64,000 nt of DNA from positions 71,300,001 to 71,364,000 of the forward strand of contig JBITNC010000001.1 in the NCBI GenBank assembly GCA_050084985.1, written 5' to 3'. Numbering within the stretch: the first letter of the stretch is position 1; every line of letters starts with the position of its first letter. The position numbers were made by a program, and so were the translations under genes. The DNA comes from Nageia nagi. Its lineage: Eukaryota; Plantae; Pinophyta. Under the pieces are notes generated by a model, which worked only from the letters and a program-made list of their open reading frames with translations, was not told the origin of the DNA and did not search any database. Below, one piece after another: positions 41,213-53,062 of the stretch.

Positions 41213-42641
41213 TGTGAGTTAAGCTACGATGTGTTCTAGTTTTACTTCAAACAGATATTTCTTTGGCATTTGCTACACCAAAATGCCATAAACTGGTATG
41301 GCTGCACAAGCTTATTGTTCTTCTACAGTCATGCATTGACGTAAGAGTGATTTCAAGATTCAAGGGTCGATTCCTCGTTAAAAATGTTTGTGATCGATGT
41401 TGCGTAACGCATAGCGCTATTATGTTAAACATTATTAGAATCGCATTAAGGTTTTCTGTAATTTATTCCATACAAATTCCTAGTGATTGGAAAGTAACAA
41501 TGAAACCACTTAGGCCAAAATTAGCCAGAGACTCTAGCAAAATGTTTGATCATTTCAAGGCAAAATTGATACAATTTTCACTTTCAAATCAAACACAAGG
41601 GCTCTATGCCCTTACAATTCAAATCCCTAAATTTCTAATCGATTTTTTTTTTTTGTTTTAGGTGATGTACTGTATGAAAACAATGAAGAATGCAGATTAC
41701 TTGAATTAGACCTATTCAACAGATTGCTAAAATGGCCTGTGAAATCTACAAATGTATACATAACTTGATAATTCCTTACGTATTTGTAATTAATACAGAA
41801 GCAGTCCATGCATATGGAATCCTCTGCATTGAATGTCACAGGAACAAATATAATAGAAGCAAATCCTATTTTTTTCACCATGAAGTACGGTACAAATTGT
41901 CTCCATTATCACAAGTAATTTCTCTTCCCATTTATGCACTTTTGTATCAATGTCAGTCCAATAGTTGGAAACGATAAAATAAGTCAAAACCATGCAACAA
42001 GATGGCCAAGATATTATTTCACTTGTCCATCCACAAAATATTGTAGGTACATATTCTTTGTTTAGAAACAAAATTTGGAAATGAACCAGTGAAAATTGAA
42101 CAGGAGGACAGCAGAAATGAACATTTGTGAGGTTCAATGAAGGATTACCTACAAAACCTTATTCTTCACATGCTTCTAAACCAAGAGAAATATTATGTGA
42201 ATTTACTGCTCCATGCCTGTACAAGCTCTTGCAAGCTCAAAGAGGCGATACACAAATGCACATGCATGTTTATATGGTTGATTTGTGACGGAAGAGCAAA
42301 TGATGTAATAGCAGACAATCACCAATGGAGACAATGACAATATTGACATGCACATGCAGCAGACAAAACATTACAATAAACTTGACATCATACACCGTGC
42401 CAATTCTGTCCAACAAATTTTGATCCTTTTCAATATGATAAAGATTTTAAAGACATACCAATGATTATCAAATAAATTAATTAAAAGAAATACAGTAAAT
42501 GACTTGCATGGTTTTTCAATGCAAAACAATGACATCGACAAACTGCTCTTATGAATCATCTCAACCGTTCTTACAGACTGGTCATTCATGTATAGCATGC
42601 CATCAACTTGGTCATTCTTGCTGTTTTGTGACGGCCAAGAT

Positions 42642-45600
42642 TGCAGAATAACAGCTGAACCAACTCAGAAAGAGCCTCAACAAGGCCCAAACAGGATCCT
42701 AATGTGCATCAGCTCTCTTGAATAAGACAGCGGATGGTCCAAATCTGTCGGTTTCAAAGTGTGGGCAGTCCACAATGATAGAAACCAGACAGTGGGCAGT
42801 TCAGGATAGTGGTGCAAAATGAGGTGAGGAAGGTTGGAATAGGTTCTATAGGACTAGAGAAACCAAGTTTCTAAGAGTGTTAATACAAAACAGGCCATAT
42901 ATTTCACACAGAAAGGTCCAAGAAAATAGAAAATATAATAATGTTCACAGGTGACCAGAAAAGGTCAATGGAATTCAAAAGTAAGTCAAGCTAAAAAGAA
43001 AAAGCACTAAGGTTTGAGAACTCTAGGGATTGACATAATAAATATATAAAAACTAGAGTTTATCAGAAATAGAGAGACCACTGCATATTCAACAATTTCG
43101 AAAGAGCCTACCTAGTAGTATCATGTAGCCAAGATGGTGGAAATGACAGCATCATCATCCACCACAATGAAGGGACCAATAGTAGATCTGATCACCTCCA
43201 AAGATGAATGCTTAGAGTTAAGAAGATCAAACTAGGTCTCCCTGAAGTCTCTCCTAATATCCAAGGGCAAAGAATCCTCTATAATAGAAAGAAAATTGGT
43301 AATGCATGATTGTCTCCCTAGCCCAAGATGCAGGTGGGACGGGATAGATGTTCCACAATGGTGAGCATAGGGGCCAAGACAAAAGTGATAGGGTACATTG
43401 CTAGTTGTGCGCCAAGGTAAACACTATCACAATGGCCTATGCCCACTAGCCTATTGAGTGGTGTTGTTGGGGAGGGATTAAGTGCCTCCAATGTCCAGGA
43501 TGGGTTGGAAAAAGAAGTTGATCACTTGGAGGTCAGAGGGATCTCTCTAGTGGACTGCTATAGAGCTTTATGTCTAAAGATAGTAACCTCATGAAGAAAA
43601 GGGATCAAGCATCTCTAGTCAAGATAGCAGAAAAAAGTGGATGAGGAACTCCCAAATCCTTTGTAAGTAATGGTATCTCCCCCCAATCTCGTTCTATGTG
43701 GGACATCGAAATATCAAGTGATCCTGATTCTCCACCTCTTGGAGAGCAAAAATGGCAAGTCTTATCACCACAAGGAATATGGTGGTCTATCTCAACTTGT
43801 AACTGGTAGGAGAAAACTCACAACTAGCCAAGGGGAACCCTCAAACCATGAGACCAATGGTGATAAACATAGTTTGGCTCAACAATGGTACCATCAATGG
43901 TCACAGCCTAGGGGGGGAGAAGGCCACAAGAAAGCATCTAACAAGTGGTTGAATGATGGAAGCCGATCAATGGAGATTCCAATGGACTAGAGAAGTACAC
44001 TAGCCTCAAAATACCTACATCATTTACACTTAGTGAGACCTAACAAAGAAAGCCTCTCTAAAGAACACAATGCTAGAAAAGGGTATCTCTACGAGCCCAA
44101 AGTAGAGTTACCTAGCATCCCAAATATATGAAGAAAGGATGAGTCTAAACATACTCTCAAGATTGAGTGGTTGTGAGGAAAACTTACTTTTAAAAATACA
44201 CTAGGGAACTGCTTGTTTGCAATGTATCATGTGCTAAAACATAATAGTTTATGCCCTCTCGATACATGCTCATTCAACAAATCCAGAATTGGGGGCCCAA
44301 ATCTATGATCCATAGAGAACTATGGGTTTAATCAGTGTATTGAAGAGGCATTTCTTAAAAGCGAATCTAAAAGCATCGATATTCTAGGATGAAGAGTGAA
44401 GCATATCCCTTGCAAAAAGATTGTGATGTTGGTTTCAAAGTTAAAAGATGGCCTAAACAATTGAATCCCCAAGAAAATGTAAGCAATAGTGATCTTGACC
44501 AGCTCCCCTTTATGACATAACTAGAACCTAGAGAGAGCATCTCGAGAGGTGTTAAAAATCATAACCTTAAACTTAACGAGATTAACTACTAGTTGTCTAG
44601 TCTCATAGAAGTAAGCAAGTGCATCCAATAGTGTTTGAAGGCCCTTAAGGAGAGGTAAAGGAGGGCCACATGATCTACAAAAAGTAGTATAGTGATATGG
44701 GCATGATGCAACCAGCAGTTGTCGTTTTGTGAGTGTGTAGCCGAAGAAAATCCTTGAGGTCATCAATGTAGGTGCCGAAAAGAGTAGGTGAAAGAGGAAA
44801 TCCCTTTTTAACAGCAATGGTACCATTGATGACATGTGAAAGTTCATGAGCAATCCTAAATCGACCAACAATAGTCTCATAAAGCCTCATTAAGGCAATA
44901 ATAAAGGTATCAAAAATGCAAATGGTGTGTAGCTTCTAGAGAAGAAAGTGTCATGAAATAGTGTCAAAAGCCTTCTTGAAGTCTAAAAAACAACAAAAGA
45001 CTTTAGGAGACCTCTAATAAGCCTCCTCAATGATAGCTCAAAGTTTGAAGATATAGTTGATAGTCTGAAAGTCCCTCCTGAAACCAACTTATCCCCATGC
45101 CTTGTGGTCACTATGCTCTAAGTGGTCTGACAAAATCATGTCCAATATAGTGGCATAAAATTTAGCAAATGTATGCCCAATCATGATGGTTCTCTAATTG
45201 TTTGAGTCTTAACAGTCTCAAGCAAGTGAATGGGATGAATGATGTGATATCACCAAGAGGGGGAAAACCAAATAAATAATCTCAATGAACAACTCTGTAA
45301 TGGGGGAGGTAAGAGAGTATATGCCATATTTAAGGAACTCATCTTGAAGACCTTCATAATTTGTTGCTTTGCTAGTGCTTATCTTTTGAATAGCTCTCTG
45401 AATATATTATGGGAAAAATAATTGACAATAAGGGGTAGGGGAAGAGACATGTAGGACCTACTGATTTGAAATATTGTAAAGAGAACTAGCATAGGAAACC
45501 CATGTTTGTAGGTCAATATCTAATGAAGGAGGTTTCCTCAAGAGGAGAGTACACCAAAAAACCTTAGGAAGTGGAAAAGAGAGTCAAAGAGCTCAAGTTG

Positions 45601-48600
45601 TATGGAGGCAAGAAATTCTTGTTTCTTTTGCCAAAGAAAAAAACGGTGATCTTTTCATGTGGGCAATATGGATGAAGGGTCATGGGCTAAAGCAAAGTGA
45701 AGTCTTAGATACATAGACTTCCACTCCTCATCATACCAACAATTCCTAGGATAGAACAAAAAATGATGGGGCAGCTTGGAGTGATGTGTCCTATGGTGAA
45801 AAGATTCAAGGGTTGCCTCCCAAAGGATGCGAGAAAAGAACTCAAATTTGGTGGTGGTAGTAGAGTGAGGGGATTGACTAGTTTGACTGGTAAGGAGCTA
45901 TGAGAGGCATGTAGCATAATCATCGGCATACCAACCATTGAAGTGAATAGTGGGATGGCGAATACTAGGGGGCCCAAAGGAAGGAGGGAGGAGGTGGGTG
46001 GAGAGGCCATGGAGAGAGAAAAAGTTAAAGTTGCATGATCAACCAAGGCGAGAGGGTAGGAAACATGAAGATCATGAATAAGGAGGATCAAAGACATGTT
46101 GGCAAGCGCCTAATCCACCACACTTGCCCCCCACTGTGAGGGAAACATGTAAATTTGTTGAAATCTAAGAAGCGAGGTAGCCCATTAAAAATATAGAGAC
46201 CTTGTGATTCCTCAAGATAAAGAAGATACCTACCATTTGTTATAACGAGACCATTCCTATCTACAAAAGTCCTTTGTAAACCAGAATCCCCAAGATCCAA
46301 CTCCAAGATACAAAGGTCATCATCCCAAAGTTCATGTTTGAGTGTCTAATAGGTCCCAATACAAGCATTAAAGTCACCCAAAAGGATGACATATCTCATC
46401 AAGAGAAAATGCGAGATATTCAAATAAACGTCCACGCATCGGTCATCATCAATGTACATAACAAAAGGATGTTGAAATCGAGGAAAACAACACACGACAA
46501 CAAAATCATTGCAGCAAGGAGTGGACCTCTCTAAAACCTGGATCCACATGTATCATGAGTGAGTGTTCGATACTAACAATAACACTCGATTGAAGGTGAT
46601 CATGAATGAGAACCCCCCCCAACGAATCTGTAAACAAAACAAATCCTAAACTTCAAGTCTCCTACTTGAAAGTTAAAATCTAGTAGTACCATATGATAGT
46701 GGGGAATGCCTGATCAGGGCCCTCATGAGTCTTAATGAGGAAGACCACATCCTGGAAGGTACCTATAGAGGATCATGCTACATCGTTACAATTCCAACAA
46801 ATAATATCAATCCTATCACTACTCATTAAGAATCTGGAACACCTCCATTTAGTCAGCCAAGGGTGTGCCCACCATGAGGGGGGAGAATTGAAAATCACTG
46901 CTCTACAATTCCAAATTACGGCCCATTTGTTTTCTTTCCTCGTGGTCAAAACAAATGTGTGGGCCTTGTGGAGTTCTTCCATTTGAAGTCTTATGAGATC
47001 TCCATCCAAGTAAATTTTCTATGGAGTAAATAATTTCTTTTTTTCTCTCAAGGCCTATAAAAGATCCCATGTTAATAACAACCAAATAACTAAAGTGTCA
47101 TCAAGAGTAGGTCCAAACTTTCTCCAAGGAAATAATGGAGTAGGCTTCAAATCATCAACATACAAGCATACAAAAGGTATTTCACTATCTTTTTTCTTGT
47201 AATAAAGAGTAGGCTTCTTCTTGTTTTTCTTGAATCCACAATCTTGGAAGCAGCATTAGTTCTAACATAGCACACCCTTGTTGCTTGCTTTCAACCATAC
47301 AAAGTCTTCTTCAATTTATAGAAATGACCTTCTTTACCTGACTTTGAGGTTGTTGTACATATACCTTTTTATCCAAGTACTCATTCAAGAATGGACTTTT
47401 AACATCCATGTGATGTACTTTACATCTCTTTTGAGATGCCATTGCAATAACCATATTATCTCTTGTCTAGCAACAAGTGCAAATGTCTCTTCATAGTCAA
47501 TTCCATAGCATCATATGAATCCCTTTGCAACTAACCTTGCTTTGTACCTCTGAATTTTCCATCATTGTTCAACTTGGTCTTATAGAACCATTTGAAACCA
47601 ACTTTCTTATCCTTTCCCAATTTCAAAAGTTCCCTAATATTATTCTTTTCGATCAAATCTATTGCCTCTTGCATTGCTTGCAACCACACATTATTAGACT
47701 ATTAGGACAAGCATCCTCAAAACAAGATGGCTCTAAATCAATGTGAGTGATTAAAGCATAGTTCACCAAGTCACTTTTTACTCCTTCCTCATCATCTCTA
47801 TACATATGTAGCTTCTACAACCTTGACACCACCACTTGATCAACTTCTTGTGCTTGGATCCGTATAAACCTTCTTTCAAAATTTTTGTAACATTTGACTG
47901 GGTGGATGTGATTCAAGAGCTCTCTTTCCTTTGTTAGTCTCCATAATTGGGCTTGGTGAAGAATAATTTGAACTTGAGGTAGTCTCCTTTGAACTGTTTT
48001 ATGGGCTGCTAGGTGGACTTGGAGGAGAAGTGGAAACACTTGAAGCCTATCCCCCAACAAAATTACCATCTTCAACATAAATGGTCTTGGCTTCTTAGTC
48101 TTTTTGATGACTATAAACTCCCTCTTCATCAAAAATGACATCTATAGAAAACTATAGTACTATGAAACTTTTGAATTATAAAGTCTATAAGCTTTGCTTG
48201 TTTTGGAATATCCAACAAGAATGCATTGATCACTCTTGGGATCTAACTTCTTTCTCAACTCATCATTTACATTATGTTTCATATCATACCATGCTTCAAA
48301 TGGAGTCTTCCTGTGATGTGCTCTTGGAGAACACCTATTTAGGATGTACACCATTGTAACAACTGCATTAGCCCAAAAAGAATTACCCAATCCTTTGGTT
48401 TGTAATATGTTCCTTACTATCTCCACAAAAGTTCTATTGCTTTCTCTCAGCCACCCTGTTTTGTTGAAGTGTGTACATGGTGGTAAGATGCCTTCTAATT
48501 CCATTTTTTTCACAAAAGGTGTTGAGTTCCTTTGAACAAAACTCATCTCCAAAGTCAGTCCTCAAGCACTTAATTTTGGAGTCACTTTCATTCTCCACAA

Positions 48601-50144
48601 AAGTTTTAAAATTCTCAAAGACACCAAAAGCTTAATCTTTGTTCTTTAAGAAGTACACCCAACATTTTCTTGAGAAATCATCAATGAAGGCGAGAAAATA
48701 TGAGGACTTACCCAAACTTCTTTGTTTGCATTGTTCCACAAACATCTAAATGTACTAGTTGGAGTGGGTATGAAGCCCTCCATGCTTTTCTTCTTGGAAT
48801 GTTTTGTCTTGCATCCTTTCTAGTGGCACATCCCTTATACACACACACACACTTTTGTGATTTTTAACATTGGGTCAGCCATACATCAAACATTGAGGAT
48901 ATAAAAACCTCATATTTTTGAAATTCAAGTAACCAAACATAAGGTGCCAAAACCAACTCCTATCTACAATAGCAATGTTTGACAAATTACTGCCCCTTTT
49001 ACCTCCAAACTTCAAAGGGAGCATATGGTTATTGGACATGGGAACAATGTTTACAACTCCGTTCCCAATGTTCTTATCATAAATGATACATTATTTATCA
49101 CCAAACACCACCCTATAATTGTTCTCTACAAGCTGCCCAATACTTATCAAAATATGTTTCAAATTTGAAATGTAGCAAATGTCATGAATTTGCATCTTAC
49201 CTTCTTTTGTGTCTACCTCCATTGTGCCTTTTGCAGGCACTCCAAGGATTTATTATCACCAACTTTGATCTTTGTCTTAAAATCTCCATTCGTGTTGGAA
49301 AGCAACTCCTTGTTGACAATCATATGGTTAGAGCAACCAGAATAGAAATACTGAAACTCTTGACAAGAATTATCAGGCATGTCATGAGACGAAAACAAGT
49401 TATCTTACTCTTCTTGAGCATCTTCATTTTCATGGGCATAGTTTGCTTGCCTACCTCCATTGCAGCCTTGATTCTACAAGCTTTTGCAATCATTCTACTC
49501 CTTTGGAAAATGCCAATGAATTCTTGTTCTTAGGCTCCTTCTTTGCTTGCCTATCAATTGGTTGTAATGAGCTCCAACCAGCTGGCACCTCATAACCAAG
49601 CTCTACTATAGCCAAAGGTCCTTTCAGTTAACAATGTTCTCATTTTTATGTTCCAATAATCATAATCTTGACTATTAAACTCATAATAGGAAGAGAGTTG
49701 TTAGTGTTGGTTATAACACTCGAACAACAACAAATAAGGTCTTCCTTTAATGAACTTGTACAAGAACTTGATCAATTGTGAGAAAGATCATGAATCCAAG
49801 TTCACTCCAATCCAAGACCAGCAATGCAGGCACTAATACCTAAATAGGGAATAATAGCTGGACCAACTCAGAAAGACCCTCAACAAGGCAAACAGATCCT
49901 GGTGTGCATCAGCTCTCTGGAATCAGACCACAAGCTGTCCAAAACTACATATGTAAGTGTGGGTGGTCTAGAATGATAGAAAGCAAATCATAGTCAGTTT
50001 AGGGAAGTGTGCAAACTGAGATGAATAAAGTTGGGATAGGTTCTGTAGGACAAAAGCAAGCAAGTTTCAGGGCTTTTAAGCAAAAACAGGTCAAATTTTT
50101 CACACAGAAAGGCCCAAAATATGACAGCAGTTTATTATTCAACA
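42642..50144 (-). mobile_element. Old Ty1/copia element with ~300-bp diverged LTRs, interrupted by a LINE
   Basis: Direct repeats at 42642-42949 and 49845-50144. Degenerate PBS at 49830-49841. Protease YSGCSNHM (about 49.33 kb), integrase [16 protein letters not shown] and FWANAVVTMVYILNR (48.2-48.8 kb), RT CLYVDD (about 47.15 kb). RNase H and PPT not seen. Confidence 0.88.
42950..47110 (-). mobile_element. Decayed LINE (AP endonuclease plus RT; possibly RTEX-like) nested in the copia
   Basis: Endonuclease IICWNC (46.8 kb), VILLGDFNA (46.37 kb), FTCFPHSGG. RT RTIMIGHTFAKFYA, FCCFLDFKKAFDT, VKKGFPLSPTLFGTYIDDL (44.75-45.2 kb). The clade assignment is tentative. Confidence 0.88.
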
Positions 50145-51482
50145 ATGGATAGCAATCAACAATCTTACACGAGAATTTCTGATTGAATCTCTATTATCCA
50201 TTATTATTCACACTTATTTCATTGGTATTATACAAGTAATATTACAATTTATAGGATAGGAATGGCATTTGCATCCCCTTCACTTCGAGTTCCTCCTAGA
50301 AGATGAACAATCACAATAACTATTACAATCCTCGAGCGACCTCTTGAACTTCATATATAAAGGAGTTTCATTTGTCTACATGTGTCTCCGTCAGCATCAA
50401 TCTCCAACAAAGTTATTCTTTCTATCTAGCACATTAACAATACAACCATAGTTTCCAGGAGATGGAGATGATCAGCAATTTTCTAAAAAGAAGAGATGAG
50501 GACTGGTATGTGTCCATGTACAAGAATTCAGAAATTTAACATCAATGATATATATATTATTGTTTCATTCAAGTACAACAAAAGTAATTATGCATAACGT
50601 ATCAATATAGAGATTGTACCAATACATATTAATGTTCCATCTAGTTGGCAAGTAAAAAAAAAATGAAGTACCAAGTCAAAAGAAACATTCAAGATGCACT
50701 CATGTTCAGGAAGGAAATGGAAAAGTTGAGTTAAAAAAACAAATCAGGTTTAAATGGGGTTAAGGGATGTTAGAAGGATAAAATCTGCCATTTTAGGATT
50801 CTTTTATAGTTGTTTTAGGGTCCCAAGATAGAATATAGTATTTTTGAGCATCCCAAGACAGGAGCCACCTTGTTAATGACCAAGGACACCAGTTGGAGTC
50901 TCTAAGCATCTTCGGGCATCACTGAGATGTGTCTACATGTCTGAGACATGTAACCAAGAGGTAACGACACTTCTCCATGCTACAATGAACCTACAACTAC
51001 AACAAATAGCAGATTACTAATAGAAATTGCAAATTTAAGATCATTAGCCAACCATCTTGGTAATGTATTTCCATGAATATCTTTCAAACCCTTGTATATC
51101 ATGTTACAAGATCCCATATCATATGTAGCATACGATCTCATAATTACATCTGTGCATCCTATCTCACCCAGTAGGAACATGGCACAGACCCAAGACTTAT
51201 AGAGGGACAAGAGGCTTATATGCATGTGGTATATAGATACCATAAAATTTAGGATTCTTGGTAAGTTTATCACTACCTTCTACCTTCAAATAGCATTCCT
51301 CACTCAGGTCATGTTAAGAGCAACTAAGCCAATGGCTTCTCCAAATATAGAATATATGTATGTTATTCACGTGTGCTTATATTAGCAGAACATTTGTTGC
51401 ATATCTTCACTCTCCAAATGTGTGAAGGGTTGTAGATGACACCCAAGAACAGTCTGCCCACTTCCCAAGCATGTGTGCAGCC

Positions 51483-52547
51483 CTAAGTTGTATGAAACTC
51501 CGTCCCAAGCATCATACCCGTACCGGAAACTCAAGGAAACGCGGAAACAGGGACGAAACTCGAGGAAACGCGTTTCCCAGGTCATTTCTGAAGTCGGAAA
51601 CATTTCCCGACTTGGAAACGCATTTCCATCGCGTTTCCGACTTTGGACTAGCGTTTCCAGCGCGTTTTCACGCGTTTCCGGTGGGTGCAAGTTAAAATGA
51701 CATTTTTTTTTATTTTTCCTCCATACAAATTCGTGGGTCACACTTTTAAGTCATTAGAATAAAAAATAAGTAAAATATGAAACTCTAAAAGCAACTACAA
51801 GAAAATAGAAAACACTTCATTCATTCATTCTTCACAAAGCATTGAAGCATTCCCAGCAAGCAGCAAGGAGAGCTTTGGACAGCAGCAAGAAGAGCTTTGG
51901 ATAGCTAGAAGTGCATTCAAACCTACGTCTTGTGTCTCGTAGGAGTGAAGAATATACAAGTGGGCCTCATAAAGAATGGGATGTGGATCCAGAGAACCCA
52001 GACTTGGAACTCTCTCTTGCTGCTCTTGATATTGGTGGTAGTAGTGCTAGTAGTATTAATGCCTCTTCTTCCAATGTTCGCACGAACAAGCATCTTGTTC
52101 TATTTTTGAAGATGAGGATGAGTAATGAGAATATGTAATTCTGATTGCTGTCTTTAGCGATGTTTTATTTTGTTTCTAGGATATATAGCCTCATGTATAA
52201 AAGCTTGTTTTGGATGTAAAGCCTCATCTATAAAGGCTTATTTTGGATTTTGTTATTTGCACCATGTAATGATCCAAGGGAGTTAATATAATATGCCTAC
52301 CGTTTGTTCTTTGGAGTTAATATTTTTGTTGTTTGCATCATTTAATGTGGGAGTTAATACGGGATTTTGGCATTTGATGTATGCATCATTTAATCAACAT
52401 GTAATCATCTATTTTGTGATATTTATTAAAGAAAATAAAGATATATATATAGCGTGTTTCCCCAGCTTTTCCATTTTGGAGGGGTCACGTTTCCTGACGT
52501 ACCTATTTCGGAAACTTGGAAACGTTTCCATGTTTCGTGCAACTTAG
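51483..52547 (+). mobile_element. Non-autonomous hAT DNA transposon (deletion derivative, 1065 bp)
   Basis: TIRs ctaagttgtatgaaac / gtttcgtgcaacttag. Perfect 8-bp TSD GTGCAGCC (51475-51482 and 52548-52555). Subterminal ggaaacg/cgtttcc arrays. Transposase C-terminal remnant VHSNLRLVSRRSEEYTSGPHKEWDVDPE at 51911. Confidence 0.95.
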
Positions 52548-52689
52548 GTGCAGCCTGAAAACTGATATGCTCTTGTTAAAGCTAGCTTTCCTATAGTAGG
52601 TTTTAAATTTATCAGGTTAAACTGAATAAACCATTGTTTGTCTAGACACAACATAGTTTATTAAGCATAATAGATATCATTTGTGAGCG

Positions 52690-53062
52690 TGTTAGTTAAC
52701 TAATCATCACTAGTTAATAATGCTATTAACGTAACTAGTTCTTAAATAATTAGAATTTTCTCCCCATACAAATATGAAAGGCAAAGAATTCCAAATTCTA
52801 GCCACAATGTAATTACTCACAAAAACCAATCAATGAAATGAGACCTTCACCAGACTTCTCAGTATTGTGAGTCGACTTGGTGAGCGCACAATCTTAAGAA
52901 GCCTGGTGAAGCTCTCATTTCATTGATAGCTTTTCTTAAGTAAAAAAAATATAACTAGGATACAGGTTTCGTTATCTTTTATAGAAGTATGGGAAGAAAT
53001 CTCTTAACTTTTGAAGGATTAGTTACCCTCACAATTACCTAGCAATGAGCATTCAATTAACA
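52690..53062 (-). ncRNA. Long fold-back; candidate MIRNA or hairpin-RNA precursor
   Basis: Inner 41-bp arms 52829-52869 and 52887-52927 around a 17-nt loop, extending nearly gap-free to 52731/53026 and with a bulge to about 52690/53062. Transition mismatches mostly read as G:U on the minus strand. Confidence 0.55.

Noticed and set aside
41247-42598. Cluster of 60-130 aa ORFs on both strands
   Set aside because: No recognisable domains or consistent exon structure. They are better explained as chance ORFs in less-deaminated non-coding DNA.
50790-50986. Possible end of an older DNA transposon (gagac/gtccc-type sub-repeats)
   Set aside because: No partner TIR or TSD could be found.
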